Below are positions 42,797 through 51,936 of a DNA stretch of 64,000 bases, piece by piece. Each line of letters begins with the position of its first letter. Position 1 is the first letter of the stretch. The translations under genes were made by a program, and so were the position numbers. Below the pieces are notes generated by a model that saw nothing but the letters and a program-made list of their open reading frames with translations, had not been told where the DNA came from and searched no databases. The stretch is taken from the NCBI GenBank assembly GCA_903994635.1, contig CAJEXQ010000011.1:384-64383 (forward strand), written 5' to 3'. Source of the DNA: an uncultured Chlorobiaceae bacterium (lineage in GTDB: Bacteria; Bacteroidota; Chlorobiia; Chlorobiales; Chlorobiaceae).

Positions 42797-42904
42797 ATGC
42801 CCTGCGGAAAAAAAAGAAAACGTCATAAGATGGCGGTACACAAGCGTAAAAAGATGCGTCGTAAGAACAGGCACAAGAAGCGCCAGAGATACCAGAATAA
42901 GTAA
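42797..42904 (+). CDS. 30S ribosomal protein bS22-like (AURKAIP1/COX24/mS38 family), 35 aa
   Basis: MPCGKKRKRHKMAVHKRKKMRRKNRHKKRQRYQNK*. Fits the MPxGKKRKRHK.A.HKRKK..R.NRHKK pattern of Bacteroidota bS22. Below the ORF-track size cutoff. Confidence 0.85.
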   Translation: MPCGKKRKRHKMAVHKRKKMRRKNRHKKRQRYQNK

Positions 42905-42935
42905 GTTCCGGTACTCATGTACCTATTTTTAGGTT

Positions 42936-43008
42936 GAGAATATAGCTCAGTCGGTAGAGCATCTGCCTTTTAAGCAGAGGGTCGAAGGTTCGAGTCCTTC
43001 TATTCTCA
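42936..43008 (+). tRNA. tRNA-Lys(TTT)
   Basis: Acceptor stem GAGAATA/TATTCTC, D-arm GCTCAGTCGGTAGAGC, anticodon arm TCTGC-CTTTTAA-GCAGA and T-loop GTTCGAGT. CCA is not encoded. Confidence 0.97.
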
Positions 43009-43041
43009 CTGGGTGCATGCAAGCATTCAGCAATCAGACAA

Positions 43042-43123
43042 GCCCGAGTGGTGAAATTGGTAGACACACTATCTTGAGGGGGTAGCGCCGAAAGGTGTAG
43101 GAGTTCGAATCTCCTCTCGGGCA
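43042..43123 (+). tRNA. tRNA-Leu(GAG)
   Basis: Acceptor stem GCCCGAG/CTCGGGC, anticodon arm CTATC-TTGAGGG-GGTAG, long variable arm and GTTCGAATC. CCA is not encoded. Confidence 0.97.
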
Positions 43124-43136
43124 CTTGTTTTTCAGA

Positions 43137-43161
43137 AAAGCCGCAAGAAAGCGGCTTTTTT
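43137..43161 (+). terminator. Intrinsic terminator after the tRNAs
   Basis: AAAAGCCGC-aagaaa-GCGGCTTTTT hairpin with a T tail. Confidence 0.75.
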
Positions 43162-43193
43162 GATACTGCGTTGGCAATCAGGAGGATCTCTCT

Positions 43194-43943
43194 ATGAATA
43201 TTGCTGTATGTGTCTGTCAGGTACCCGATACCGCCTCGATTATAAGATTTGACGTTGATGGTGCCATAGATCTCACCAGAATCAATGAGGTGATGAACCC
43301 TTATGATGAGTATGCCCTTGAGGAAGCGGTGCGACTCAAGGAGCGTTTTAAGGGAAGTGTTGTGACCGTTTTTAGCGTTGCGCCAGCTTCTGCAAAAGAG
43401 ATGCTTCGCAAAGCCCTGGCCTTGGGGGCCGACAGGGCTGTTCTGTTGAGTGACACCGTGGTATCCGATTCCTATCAAACCGCACTGGCGCTGAGCCTGG
43501 TTATTTCCACTTTTTATGCTGACGGCTTGCCTGATGTTGTCTTTTGTGGCAAGCAATCAACCGACTTTCAGGCTGGAGAGGTTCCACCGATGCTTGCAGA
43601 GCTGCTTGGTATGGCATTTGCCAGCGGGATTACTGCTCTCATAACTTTCGCCGAAAGCCTTCACGTCGAACGAGAAATAGAAGGGGGAACTGAAAGTGTC
43701 GAGCTTAATTATCCTGCGCTGCTCAGTGCAGAAAAAGGGTTGAATATTCCCCGCAAAAGCTCAATCAAAGCAGTGCTGGATGCGAGGAAAAAAACAATTG
43801 ATTTCTTCACGCTTACTCTCAGTGATACACCCTGTGTTGTCACAACTGCCATTAAGCCTCGTGAAAGGAAAAAAAAATGCAAATTTGTGTCTGACGAAAA
43901 TGAACTGATCCGCCGTCTTCGCGAGGAACGCGCTCTCATTTGA
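43194..43943 (+). CDS. etfB: Electron transfer flavoprotein beta subunit
   Basis: VCV.QVPD, NPYDEYALEEA, ALALGADRA and CGKQSTD motifs. Confidence 0.93.
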   Translation: MNIAVCVCQVPDTASIIRFDVDGAIDLTRINEVMNPYDEYALEEAVRLKERFKGSVVTVFSVAPASAKEMLRKALALGADRAVLLSDTVVSDSYQTALALSLVISTFYADGLPDVVFCGKQSTDFQAGEVPPMLAELLGMAFASGITALITFAESLHVEREIEGGTESVELNYPALLSAEKGLNIPRKSSIKAVLDARKKTIDFFTLTLSDTPCVVTTAIKPRERKKKCKFVSDENELIRRLREERALI

Positions 43944-43974
43944 GCGTGTAACATAAAGAATAGCCTGCGTAGCG

Positions 43975-44958
43975 ATGAACAAATTTCTTGTATTTCTGGA
44001 ACAGAGGGGGGGCACTATAAAAAAAGCTTCTATTGAGACGTGGAACAGAGTCCAGGAGCTTGCCGCTGAACAGGGAGATTCTGCAGTATCCGGCATCCTT
44101 GCTGGCCCAGCCGATCTCAAGCAACTTGACGGTTATATTGTTGGGGATGGAGTTATTTATCATGCAAGTGAAGAGTGTTTGGCGTTGTACAATCCAGAGC
44201 GCTATGCCCGTCTTGTTAAGGATACGTTGCAACGAGAGGCTTGCACCACTCTTTTTTTTGCTGATACAATACTCAGTCGTGAGCTTGCACCTAAACTCTC
44301 TGTGCGTCTTAAGGCTTCATTGCTTTCGGGGTGTGCAATGTCTGATGTTGCCTGGCATAATGGTGGTTGCGTCAGGCCGGTCTATGCTGGTTCTGCCATG
44401 GCTTCGTTTCTTCCAGAAAGAACGTTCAGGATTTATACCATCTCTTCATGTGCAACACCCGCCATTTCCAATGCAAGAGGCACTATCACCGTTATTACCC
44501 TTGAGCCACACAGCTTCGCCAGTGAGCCACTCTTTTCTGTGGTTCGCCGGAATTTAATGCGTGAAGGAGGGCTGGATGTTGCCGAGGCTGGAATTATTGT
44601 TGCCGGTGGCAGAGGAATGGGCGGCACAGAGGGTTTTTTTCTCCTTGAGCAGCTTGCCCGGCTTCTTGGCGGCGCCGTAGGAGCGAGCAGGCCGGTAGTG
44701 GATGAGGGGTGGCGTCCCCAATGCGAACAGATAGGCCAGACCGGTAAAACTGTGGCCCCTGTGCTTTATTTTGCATTCGGTATATCAGGCTCACTTCAGC
44801 ACCTTGCAGGCATAGGGTCAGTCGGTACGGTGGTTGCCATTAACAAAGACTGCCATGCTCCGATTTTTGATGTGGCTGATTACGGGATTGTTGGCGATGT
44901 TCACCTTGTGTTGCCTAAATTGCTTGATACCCTGCAGGAATTTTTGAAGAGGAAATGA
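43975..44958 (+). CDS. etfA: Electron transfer flavoprotein alpha subunit
   Basis: VAGGRGMG, GASRPVVD, QIGQTGKTV and GISGSLQHLAG motifs. Confidence 0.93.
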   Translation: MNKFLVFLEQRGGTIKKASIETWNRVQELAAEQGDSAVSGILAGPADLKQLDGYIVGDGVIYHASEECLALYNPERYARLVKDTLQREACTTLFFADTILSRELAPKLSVRLKASLLSGCAMSDVAWHNGGCVRPVYAGSAMASFLPERTFRIYTISSCATPAISNARGTITVITLEPHSFASEPLFSVVRRNLMREGGLDVAEAGIIVAGGRGMGGTEGFFLLEQLARLLGGAVGASRPVVDEGWRPQCEQIGQTGKTVAPVLYFAFGISGSLQHLAGIGSVGTVVAINKDCHAPIFDVADYGIVGDVHLVLPKLLDTLQEFLKRK

Positions 44959-45038
44959 TTAGCACTACTTTGGTGTTTGAAGAGAAGCTGTCTGGTTGTC
45001 AGCTTTGGCTTGGTCACAACATTAATATATTGTATCTC

Positions 45039-45632
45039 ATGCGTAAACTTCAGGTAGATATTCTCGGACTTTCCACAAGCCCTCATACCAATGGAGCTTA
45101 TGCCCTCATCCTCTATGAGCTGGAGGGAAAACGGAAGCTTCCGATTATTATTGGCGGTTTTGAAGCTCAGGCAATTGCCCTGAAACTTGAAAACATAAAG
45201 CCGCCGCGTCCCTTTACTCACGATCTTTTCAAAAATATTGCCGATGCTTTTCATCTGCATGTCAATGAAATCATTATCGATGAACTGCATAATGAGACTT
45301 TTTATGCCAAGGTTATCTGTGAAGTGAACGGGGAAGTGCATGAAATTGATGCACGTCCCAGCGATGCTATTGCCATTGCAGTACGTTTTCATGCACCGCT
45401 TTTTGTAACAGAAGAGATTATGAACGAGGCTGGAATCAGGGAGGAGCAGAAAGAGGAGGGCGAGGTGGATGTAGAGCGGGATCCTGAAGAGATTGTCGGC
45501 GGTATACCCACCACCGACACTTTGCTTGAAGAACTTCAGGCCTCCCTCAGTGAGGCGATAATCAATGAGAACTATGAAGAGGCAGCCAGGATCCGTGATG
45601 AAATATCCCGTCTGAAAAAAAGCAAATCATAA
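45039..45632 (+). CDS. Bifunctional nuclease family (DUF151) with a C-terminal UVR domain
   Basis: LPIIIG.FEAQAI, RPFTHDL, IDARPSDAIAIA and ENYEEAARIRDEI motifs. Start placed at ATG 45039. Confidence 0.92.
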   Translation: MRKLQVDILGLSTSPHTNGAYALILYELEGKRKLPIIIGGFEAQAIALKLENIKPPRPFTHDLFKNIADAFHLHVNEIIIDELHNETFYAKVICEVNGEVHEIDARPSDAIAIAVRFHAPLFVTEEIMNEAGIREEQKEEGEVDVERDPEEIVGGIPTTDTLLEELQASLSEAIINENYEEAARIRDEISRLKKSKS

Positions 45633-45643
45633 AAAGAGTTATC

Positions 45644-45670
45644 ACCATCAGAGGCTTCTCTGATGGTTTT
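45644..45670. terminator. Hairpin/terminator between the convergent DUF151 gene and bamA
   Basis: ACCATCAGAG-gctt-CTCTGATGGT followed by TTT. Confidence 0.65.
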
Positions 45671-45674
45671 AAAA

Positions 45675-48176
45675 CTATTCAGTTGTCGTGCCGAAACTGA
45701 ACATAAAGTTCCATCCCTGTTCTGTTTTTGCTGGAATGCTTTCCACCGCATCAAAACCGTAACCATAATCAAGGCCGATTTGGCCGATAATGGGAAGGTA
45801 GAGACGCAGTCCAAGGCCCGCAGATTTTTTCAGGTTAGAAAAATTAACGGCATGCGCGTCTTGCCAAAGATTCCCTGCCTCAACGAATGTAAGCGCATAA
45901 ATGCTTACGGCTTGTGACATGGTAAGCGGATAACGCAGTTCCGAGGAGAACTTCGAGTATATTTTTCCGGCATACAAGCCGGTGGTAGAGCTGCTTCCAA
46001 GTTTTGAACCGAGGCTTCTGTCGTCGTACCCTCTCAGCGGAACGGTGGGCAGGGTAGACATTCCGGTGCCGCCCATATAGAAATACTCAGTGTATGGTAT
46101 GTAATCAGTGTTACTAAAGGTAGAGAGGTAGCCGTGCAATGTCGAAATGTTCAGGACAAGGTTTTTTGTAACAGGAAGATACCAGCTTGAGCTCCCCGTA
46201 AATTTGTAAAAATCAACTGTTCCTGGCAAAGGTCCGCCAGCAAGTTGCCCGGTAATTGAGTTTTTGCTGCCCCTTCGAGGATAAACAGGATTGTCGATGC
46301 TGTTTCGGGTAAGCGTTAGCGTTGAAGAAAACTCATCAGCCTGGTCTGGCGCATTTGGGTCAATAAAATCAACAAAACTAAGGAATCCGCCCCTGCTGTG
46401 CAGGTATTTCAGCCTCAGGTTGATAGAGCTGTAATCGTCAGGCCAGGTAAGGCGCCGACCGATGGAAAGCGTTGTGCCATACTGGTCGATGATGGTCGGG
46501 TTATCTATGTTATCATCGGTATAGTCGTAGGCACTATGGGTTGTGAAAGCTGTAAAACCCACTGCTGTTGGTCCGCCGAATGCCCATGGTTCAGTAAAGT
46601 TGACACTGAGGGTGTTGTAATTGTAGCTGCCGAATTGCCACTGGAAGCCAAGTTGTTGCCCATCACCATGCGGCAGTGGGCGGTAGGCTTCAGAATTAAA
46701 AATATCCTTCAGTGAGAAGTTATTAAAGGTGACTCCCAGGGCGCCGGTAACTCCGCTGCCGCTATAACCGACGGAAGCATTGAAGGTGTCTGTTTGCTTT
46801 TCAGAGACATTATAGGTCAAATCAACCGTGTTGTTGTCGGGGTTAGGCTCGATATCTGGCGTTATCTGCTCCGGGTCAAAGTAGTTGAGCATGCTGAGTT
46901 CCCTGATGCTGCGCACAACGTTTTTGCGGCTGAACATGTCGCCGGGAACCGTGTAGAGCTCACGCCGGATGACATGATCTTTCGTTTTGGTATTGCCTTT
47001 TATATTGACACTGTTTAGCTGGAACTGTTCGCCTTCGTGAAAAGAGATGACCAGATCGACTAAATCGGGTTTGATAATTGTCTCTTCAAGATTTGCCTTA
47101 AATGAGAGGTATCCACGGTCGAGATAGAGTGAGCTGATGTCGGAATTATCTTGTGAAAAGTTTAGCCTCTCCTGAATCAGTTTTGGGTTGTAAACATCCT
47201 CTTTTTTTATTTTGAAAGTCTTTTCAAGAATATCATTCGAGGCAAATTCCTTCGTATTGCCTGACCATGTAATATTTCTGATGTGGTATTTCTTGCCTTC
47301 GTCAAGATAAATGTCAAGAAAGAGTCCTTTATTGTCTTTGGTATAACTGATTGAGTCACGCAAGACACGCGCATCGCGGTAGCCATTGCTGCGGTAGAAC
47401 TCAGCCAGCAGGGTTTTATCTTCAATGAATTTATCGGTCTCCAGTTTTGGTGTGCCAAATATTTTGCGCCACCAGGAATTTTGAGTGGTTTCTTTAAAAA
47501 CCCCTCTGAGCGTTTTCTGATTGAAAGCGGTGTTGCCGTGAAAGGTTATTTTTTCAATGGATACCTTTGACCCTTCGGTAATTGAGAAAAGTGCTTTTAC
47601 ATGATTTTTGGAAATCTCCTGTTGGTGGAATTCTGCTTTTGCTGTCAGATAACCTTTGGATGCGTAAAATTTTTCAATCTTGTTGGCGGCTGTAAGCAAC
47701 GACTGCTCAGTTATTTTTTTGCCAGTAACAATGGAGGCACTCTTTTTCAGTTCATCACTTTCTATCTTGTTGTTCCCGTCAAAGGCCACATCGTCAAGCA
47801 CTGGCAGCTCAGTAACAATGAATTTCAGGAGGACGTTATTCTGCTCAAGATTTTTCTTTTCTACCGTGATATCGCTGAAAAGCTGGAGTTTCCACAGGAA
47901 TTGCAGTGCTCCGGAGAGTTCTGTACCGGGGATTGCTATCCGGTCACTGATTTTCAGTGGAAGAGTGGTTGTTAACTCTTTTTCATTGAGCGATTCAAGA
48001 CCGCTGAAGGAGATGGCTGTTATGGTGTAGATATCCTTTTTTGCAGCTGTTACCCTTGATTCTTCCGTAACTTTTGGTTGTTTAGTGGGTCTATTTCCAG
48101 CCGCTGCAGTTTTTCCTGTAGTATTGAGGGCGAGAGCAAGCAGAACTAAGGTTATCAGTTTTCGTGTTTCTTTCAT
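45675..48176 (-). CDS. bamA: Outer membrane protein assembly factor BamA
   Basis: POTRA repeats (GN.KT.D.VIRRE), FTEPW, LRGY motif and C-terminal barrel strand. Start placed at ATG 48176. Confidence 0.95.
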   Translation of the reverse strand: MKETRKLITLVLLALALNTTGKTAAAGNRPTKQPKVTEESRVTAAKKDIYTITAISFSGLESLNEKELTTTLPLKISDRIAIPGTELSGALQFLWKLQLFSDITVEKKNLEQNNVLLKFIVTELPVLDDVAFDGNNKIESDELKKSASIVTGKKITEQSLLTAANKIEKFYASKGYLTAKAEFHQQEISKNHVKALFSITEGSKVSIEKITFHGNTAFNQKTLRGVFKETTQNSWWRKIFGTPKLETDKFIEDKTLLAEFYRSNGYRDARVLRDSISYTKDNKGLFLDIYLDEGKKYHIRNITWSGNTKEFASNDILEKTFKIKKEDVYNPKLIQERLNFSQDNSDISSLYLDRGYLSFKANLEETIIKPDLVDLVISFHEGEQFQLNSVNIKGNTKTKDHVIRRELYTVPGDMFSRKNVVRSIRELSMLNYFDPEQITPDIEPNPDNNTVDLTYNVSEKQTDTFNASVGYSGSGVTGALGVTFNNFSLKDIFNSEAYRPLPHGDGQQLGFQWQFGSYNYNTLSVNFTEPWAFGGPTAVGFTAFTTHSAYDYTDDNIDNPTIIDQYGTTLSIGRRLTWPDDYSSINLRLKYLHSRGGFLSFVDFIDPNAPDQADEFSSTLTLTRNSIDNPVYPRRGSKNSITGQLAGGPLPGTVDFYKFTGSSSWYLPVTKNLVLNISTLHGYLSTFSNTDYIPYTEYFYMGGTGMSTLPTVPLRGYDDRSLGSKLGSSSTTGLYAGKIYSKFSSELRYPLTMSQAVSIYALTFVEAGNLWQDAHAVNFSNLKKSAGLGLRLYLPIIGQIGLDYGYGFDAVESIPAKTEQGWNFMFSFGTTTE

Positions 48177-48198
48177 GAAATTTGATGGGTCAATCAGG

Positions 48199-49047
48199 TT
48201 AAAGCTTTTTGGCAGGTATAGTTGTTGTATGAATTTGTTCGCTTGTCTGCCCAAACCTTCGTTCCCTGCTCTGAAATTCCCGTATTGAATCATAAAGCTG
48301 TGAACGGCGAAAGTCAGGCCAGTAGGTGTTGGTAAAATAGATTTCCGAATAGGCGCTTTGCCAAAGCATAAAGTTGCTGATTCTGAACTCCCCGCTTGTA
48401 CGTATAAGCAGCTCGGGATCAGGCATTGAGGCAAAAGAAAGGTACGATGCCATTAACTGCTCATCAACTGATTCCGGTTTGACCAGCCCGGCCTCGACAT
48501 CGTAGGCAATTGCCTTGCACGCCTGCAGAATATCCCATCGACCGCTGTAGCTGAGCGCAATGTTGAGCACAAGTTTGCTGTTGTTTTTGGTAAGTTCCAT
48601 GGTTTCCTTCAAAACGATCTGTACTTTCTCAGGCAGAAGTCCGAGTTCGCCAATAAAATTGAGACGGATATTGCTGTCGTGGAGTTTTTGGATTTCACGA
48701 TTAATCACCCTCACAAGGAGCTGCATAAGCGCAGATACCTCCCTTTCCGGTCGCTTCCAGTTTTCTGTAGAAAAGGTGAAGAGTGTAAGATATCTGATGC
48801 CGAGTTGCGTACAAGACTCGACCACATCGCGAACTGACTCCACGCCAGCGACATGCCCGTCAACTCTTTTTTTTCCCTTCAGCCTCGCCCACCGACCGTT
48901 CCCGTCCATAATGATGGCGATATGAGTGGGAAGCTCGTATAAAGACTTGAGCTCAGCTTGTACCTGTTCATCTTCAGCGTTTGAGTCAGAGGAAAACCAA
49001 AGCGGTTTAAACGCAGAAGGAAAATCCTTTATCTTTATGAGTGCCAT
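48199..49047 (-). CDS. uppS: Undecaprenyl diphosphate synthase
   Basis: HIAIIMDGNGRWA, FSTENWKR and IRTSGEFRISNFMLWQ motifs. Confidence 0.97.
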   Translation of the reverse strand: MALIKIKDFPSAFKPLWFSSDSNAEDEQVQAELKSLYELPTHIAIIMDGNGRWARLKGKKRVDGHVAGVESVRDVVESCTQLGIRYLTLFTFSTENWKRPEREVSALMQLLVRVINREIQKLHDSNIRLNFIGELGLLPEKVQIVLKETMELTKNNSKLVLNIALSYSGRWDILQACKAIAYDVEAGLVKPESVDEQLMASYLSFASMPDPELLIRTSGEFRISNFMLWQSAYSEIYFTNTYWPDFRRSQLYDSIREFQSRERRFGQTSEQIHTTTIPAKKL

Positions 49048-49245
49048 CTATCCAGTTTACTTCTTATCGTTTGGCAGGCATGCGTGATACACGCTTAAAT
49101 AATCTTCTATGCACGACACCAACCCAAGTTGAATAATATGCAGTTATTTCTTATTATACAAACTTTCGACGGGATGTAAAACTGTTGGAAGGTAAGTTAA
49201 AAAACAGAAACAGAAACTCTTCTCTTAAAATAATTCACAACAGAA

Positions 49246-50673
49246 GTGCAATTAAGCAGTTACGAAGATCTTCGTTCACAGATTGTCTCGCATGCGATAA
49301 CCTGTGAAGAGGTTGTGCGTTTTTATCTGGAACGTATTGACACTCATGGAAATGACAATATTTATATAACAGTTTTTCATGAGCAGGCTCTTGAACGGGC
49401 AAGAACCCTTGACCGGAAACTCAGTGAGGGAGGGCGACTCGGAAAGTTGTTCGGCATGCCGATGGCCATAAAGGACAATATTTCCGTAAAGGGAAGCCGA
49501 CTGACCTGTGCCTCTAAAATTCTTGAGCATTACGACAGTCTTTACGATGCAACGTCTGTGCAGCGGCTTGAGGAGGAAGACGCTATTTTTCTGGGTAAAA
49601 CCAACATGGATGAGTTTGCCATGGGCAGCTCAAATGAAAATTCAGCGTTCGGCAACGTTCCGAACCCCTTTGACAAAACAAGAGTTCCTGGCGGCAGCTC
49701 TGGCGGTTCGGCTGCCGCAGTTGCCAACGGTCTTGCTATGGTAGCTCTCGGTTCAGATACAGGCGGCTCTGTTCGTCAGCCTGCTGGTTTTTGTGATATA
49801 GTCGGGCTCAAACCTACCTACGGCAGGATTTCCCGCTACGGGCTCGTAGCCTTTGCCTCCTCATTTGATCAGATAGGAGTGCTTGCCCGCAATTGTGATG
49901 ATGCCGCGCTTGTGCTTGGGGTTATGGCAGGAAAGGACGATCGCGACGCAACCTCTTCATCGCATGCCGTTTCTGATTACTTCTCAGAGATGGGGAAAGT
50001 CTGCGTTGAAGGGTTAAAAATAGGTGTTCCAAAAGAGTATTTCCCGGAAAGTCTGAACCCGGATGTTTTTCGTATAGTGAAGGGAAAACTATCTGAACTT
50101 CGGGAGCAGGGTGCCGAACTTGTCGATATTACCTTGCCCGACAGTGCATACGCCATAGCGGCTTACTATGTTCTTGTGACTGCCGAAGCATCATCAAATC
50201 TTGCCCGTTTTGACGGTGCAAGGTACGGGTATCGCTCCGTAAAATCTGAAGACCTTGCTGCCATGTACATGAATTCAAGGACGGAGGGGTTTGGCCCTGA
50301 GGTCAAGCGCAGGATTATGCTTGGCACCTATGTGCTTTCCGCAGGTTATTATGACACCTACTATAAAAAGGCCCAGCAGGTTCGACGGGTGTTTCAGGAG
50401 AGGTACCGCGAAGCTCTTGAAAAAGTCGACGTTATTGCAGGGCCAACATCGCCGTTTCCCCCTTTTGGTATTGGAGACAAAACCGGCGATCCTCTCGAAA
50501 TGTATCTTGCCGATGTTTTCACTGTTCCGGCAAGTATTGTCGGTATGCCAGCAGTGAGTGTTCCGCTCGGTTTTGACAATTTGAAGCTTCCTGTCGGGAT
50601 GCACCTTATCTGTAATTTTTTTGAGGAGGGAAAGCTGCTTGGAATTGCAAAACAGATGCAGCGCCCGGTATGA
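49246..50673 (+). CDS. gatA: Asp/Glu-tRNA amidotransferase subunit A
   Basis: [31 protein letters not shown] and [10 protein letters not shown] motifs. Confidence 0.97.
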   Translation: MQLSSYEDLRSQIVSHAITCEEVVRFYLERIDTHGNDNIYITVFHEQALERARTLDRKLSEGGRLGKLFGMPMAIKDNISVKGSRLTCASKILEHYDSLYDATSVQRLEEEDAIFLGKTNMDEFAMGSSNENSAFGNVPNPFDKTRVPGGSSGGSAAAVANGLAMVALGSDTGGSVRQPAGFCDIVGLKPTYGRISRYGLVAFASSFDQIGVLARNCDDAALVLGVMAGKDDRDATSSSHAVSDYFSEMGKVCVEGLKIGVPKEYFPESLNPDVFRIVKGKLSELREQGAELVDITLPDSAYAIAAYYVLVTAEASSNLARFDGARYGYRSVKSEDLAAMYMNSRTEGFGPEVKRRIMLGTYVLSAGYYDTYYKKAQQVRRVFQERYREALEKVDVIAGPTSPFPPFGIGDKTGDPLEMYLADVFTVPASIVGMPAVSVPLGFDNLKLPVGMHLICNFFEEGKLLGIAKQMQRPV

Positions 50674-50719
50674 GCTCCGGTGATATCACGTTAACCATTA
50701 ATTATAATAAATTTTTCTT

Positions 50720-51619
50720 ATGAGCATATTAGTCAACAAGAATACCCGCCTGCTCGTGCAGGGGATAACCGGTGCGGAAGGTACCTTTCATACTTCGCAG
50801 ATTCTTGAATACGGAACCAATGTGGTTGCCGGAGTTACTCCGGGGAAAGGTGGCATTCTCTACCATGGCAACGAAAAAGACAAGTTTTGTCGTCCGGTGC
50901 CGGTTTTTGATACTGTTCGTGAAGCGGTAGTGAAGGCGGAAGCCAATGCAACAGTGATTTTTGTTCCGGCACCGTTCGCTGCCGATGCAATCATGGAAGC
51001 TGCTGATGCCGGACTGAAAGTGATTATCTGTATTACCGAAGGTATTCCGGTCAACGATATGATGAAAGCCTTTGCCTTTGTCAAACAGAAAGGTGCAGTG
51101 CTTGTTGGGCCGAACTGTCCCGGCATTATTACTCCTGGAGAGGCAAAAGTTGGCATTATGCCAGGCTTTATTCATAAAAAGGGGACAATTGGTGTTGTTT
51201 CCCGCAGTGGTACCCTTACTTATGAAGCGGTACACCAGCTCACCCAAGTCGGGCTTGGTCAGTCTACCTGTATTGGAATTGGTGGTGACCCGATTATTGG
51301 TACCCAGTTTATTGATGTTGTGAAGCTTTTTGCTGCTGATGATGAGACGGAAGGGCTTGTGATGATCGGTGAAATTGGCGGCAGTGCAGAGGAAGAGGCC
51401 GCAGCATATATTCAGAAATATTTCAAAAAGCCGGTCGTTGGATTTATTGCCGGTCGTACCGCACCTCCAGGTCGCAGAATGGGCCATGCTGGAGCGATTG
51501 TCTCGGGAGGAAAAGGAACCGCTGAAGACAAGATAAAGGCCATGGAAGAGGCGGGCATTCATGTTGTGGACAGCCCTGCAGATATCGGTGAAGCCATGAT
51601 CAAGGCTTTGGGGCGCTAG
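50720..51619 (+). CDS. sucD: Succinyl-CoA synthetase alpha subunit
   Basis: [21 protein letters not shown] and RMGHAGA (phospho-His) motifs. Confidence 0.97.
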   Translation: MSILVNKNTRLLVQGITGAEGTFHTSQILEYGTNVVAGVTPGKGGILYHGNEKDKFCRPVPVFDTVREAVVKAEANATVIFVPAPFAADAIMEAADAGLKVIICITEGIPVNDMMKAFAFVKQKGAVLVGPNCPGIITPGEAKVGIMPGFIHKKGTIGVVSRSGTLTYEAVHQLTQVGLGQSTCIGIGGDPIIGTQFIDVVKLFAADDETEGLVMIGEIGGSAEEEAAAYIQKYFKKPVVGFIAGRTAPPGRRMGHAGAIVSGGKGTAEDKIKAMEEAGIHVVDSPADIGEAMIKALGR

Positions 51620-51644
51620 GGGGGAATGGGTGTAGGTCAAAGCT

Positions 51645-51737
51645 TATCATCCTGTCATTTCGACGAACGAAGTGAGGAGAAATCTTGAAGTACAATAAGC
51701 AAGATTTCTCGCTGATGCTCGAAATGACAGGATGATA
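51645..51737. repeat. 93-bp nested palindromic (REP/MITE-like) element
   Basis: Perfect 19-bp outer inverted repeat TATCATCCTGTCATTTCGA (51645-51663 / 51719-51737) and perfect 11-bp inner inverted repeat GAGAAATCTTG (51677-51687 / 51700-51710). Confidence 0.85.
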
Positions 51738-51936
51738 TGTTTGGCTCCAGGAATATCCCACGTGATCGCGCAGGAATAAGCACTCCATAGTAATTGATTC
51801 CGTAATAAAATAGTCAAGGCACTCATGATTCAAGCAACGACTCAATGCGGAATTACGGAATGACTTTTGCCTAAACGCGTAGAGAGTTTAAAGCACTGGG
51901 GGCGTAGCCGGGAGAGATGGGTTTGAGCCAAATTTC

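Noticed and set aside
42936-43123. tRNAs as an integration site for a genomic island
   Set aside because: No integrase or duplicated tRNA 3' end nearby, and the flanks are core genes.
42915-43556. 213-aa minus-strand ORF
   Set aside because: Antisense to two tRNAs and etfB, so spurious.
50720-51619. sucD without sucC (likewise gatA without gatBC, ruvA without ruvB)
   Set aside because: Dispersal of these subunit genes is, to my knowledge, ordinary in the Chlorobi/Bacteroidota group and is not evidence of a new system.
50729-51640. 303-aa ORF antisense to sucD
   Set aside because: In-register antisense shadow typical of highly expressed genes, with no motifs.
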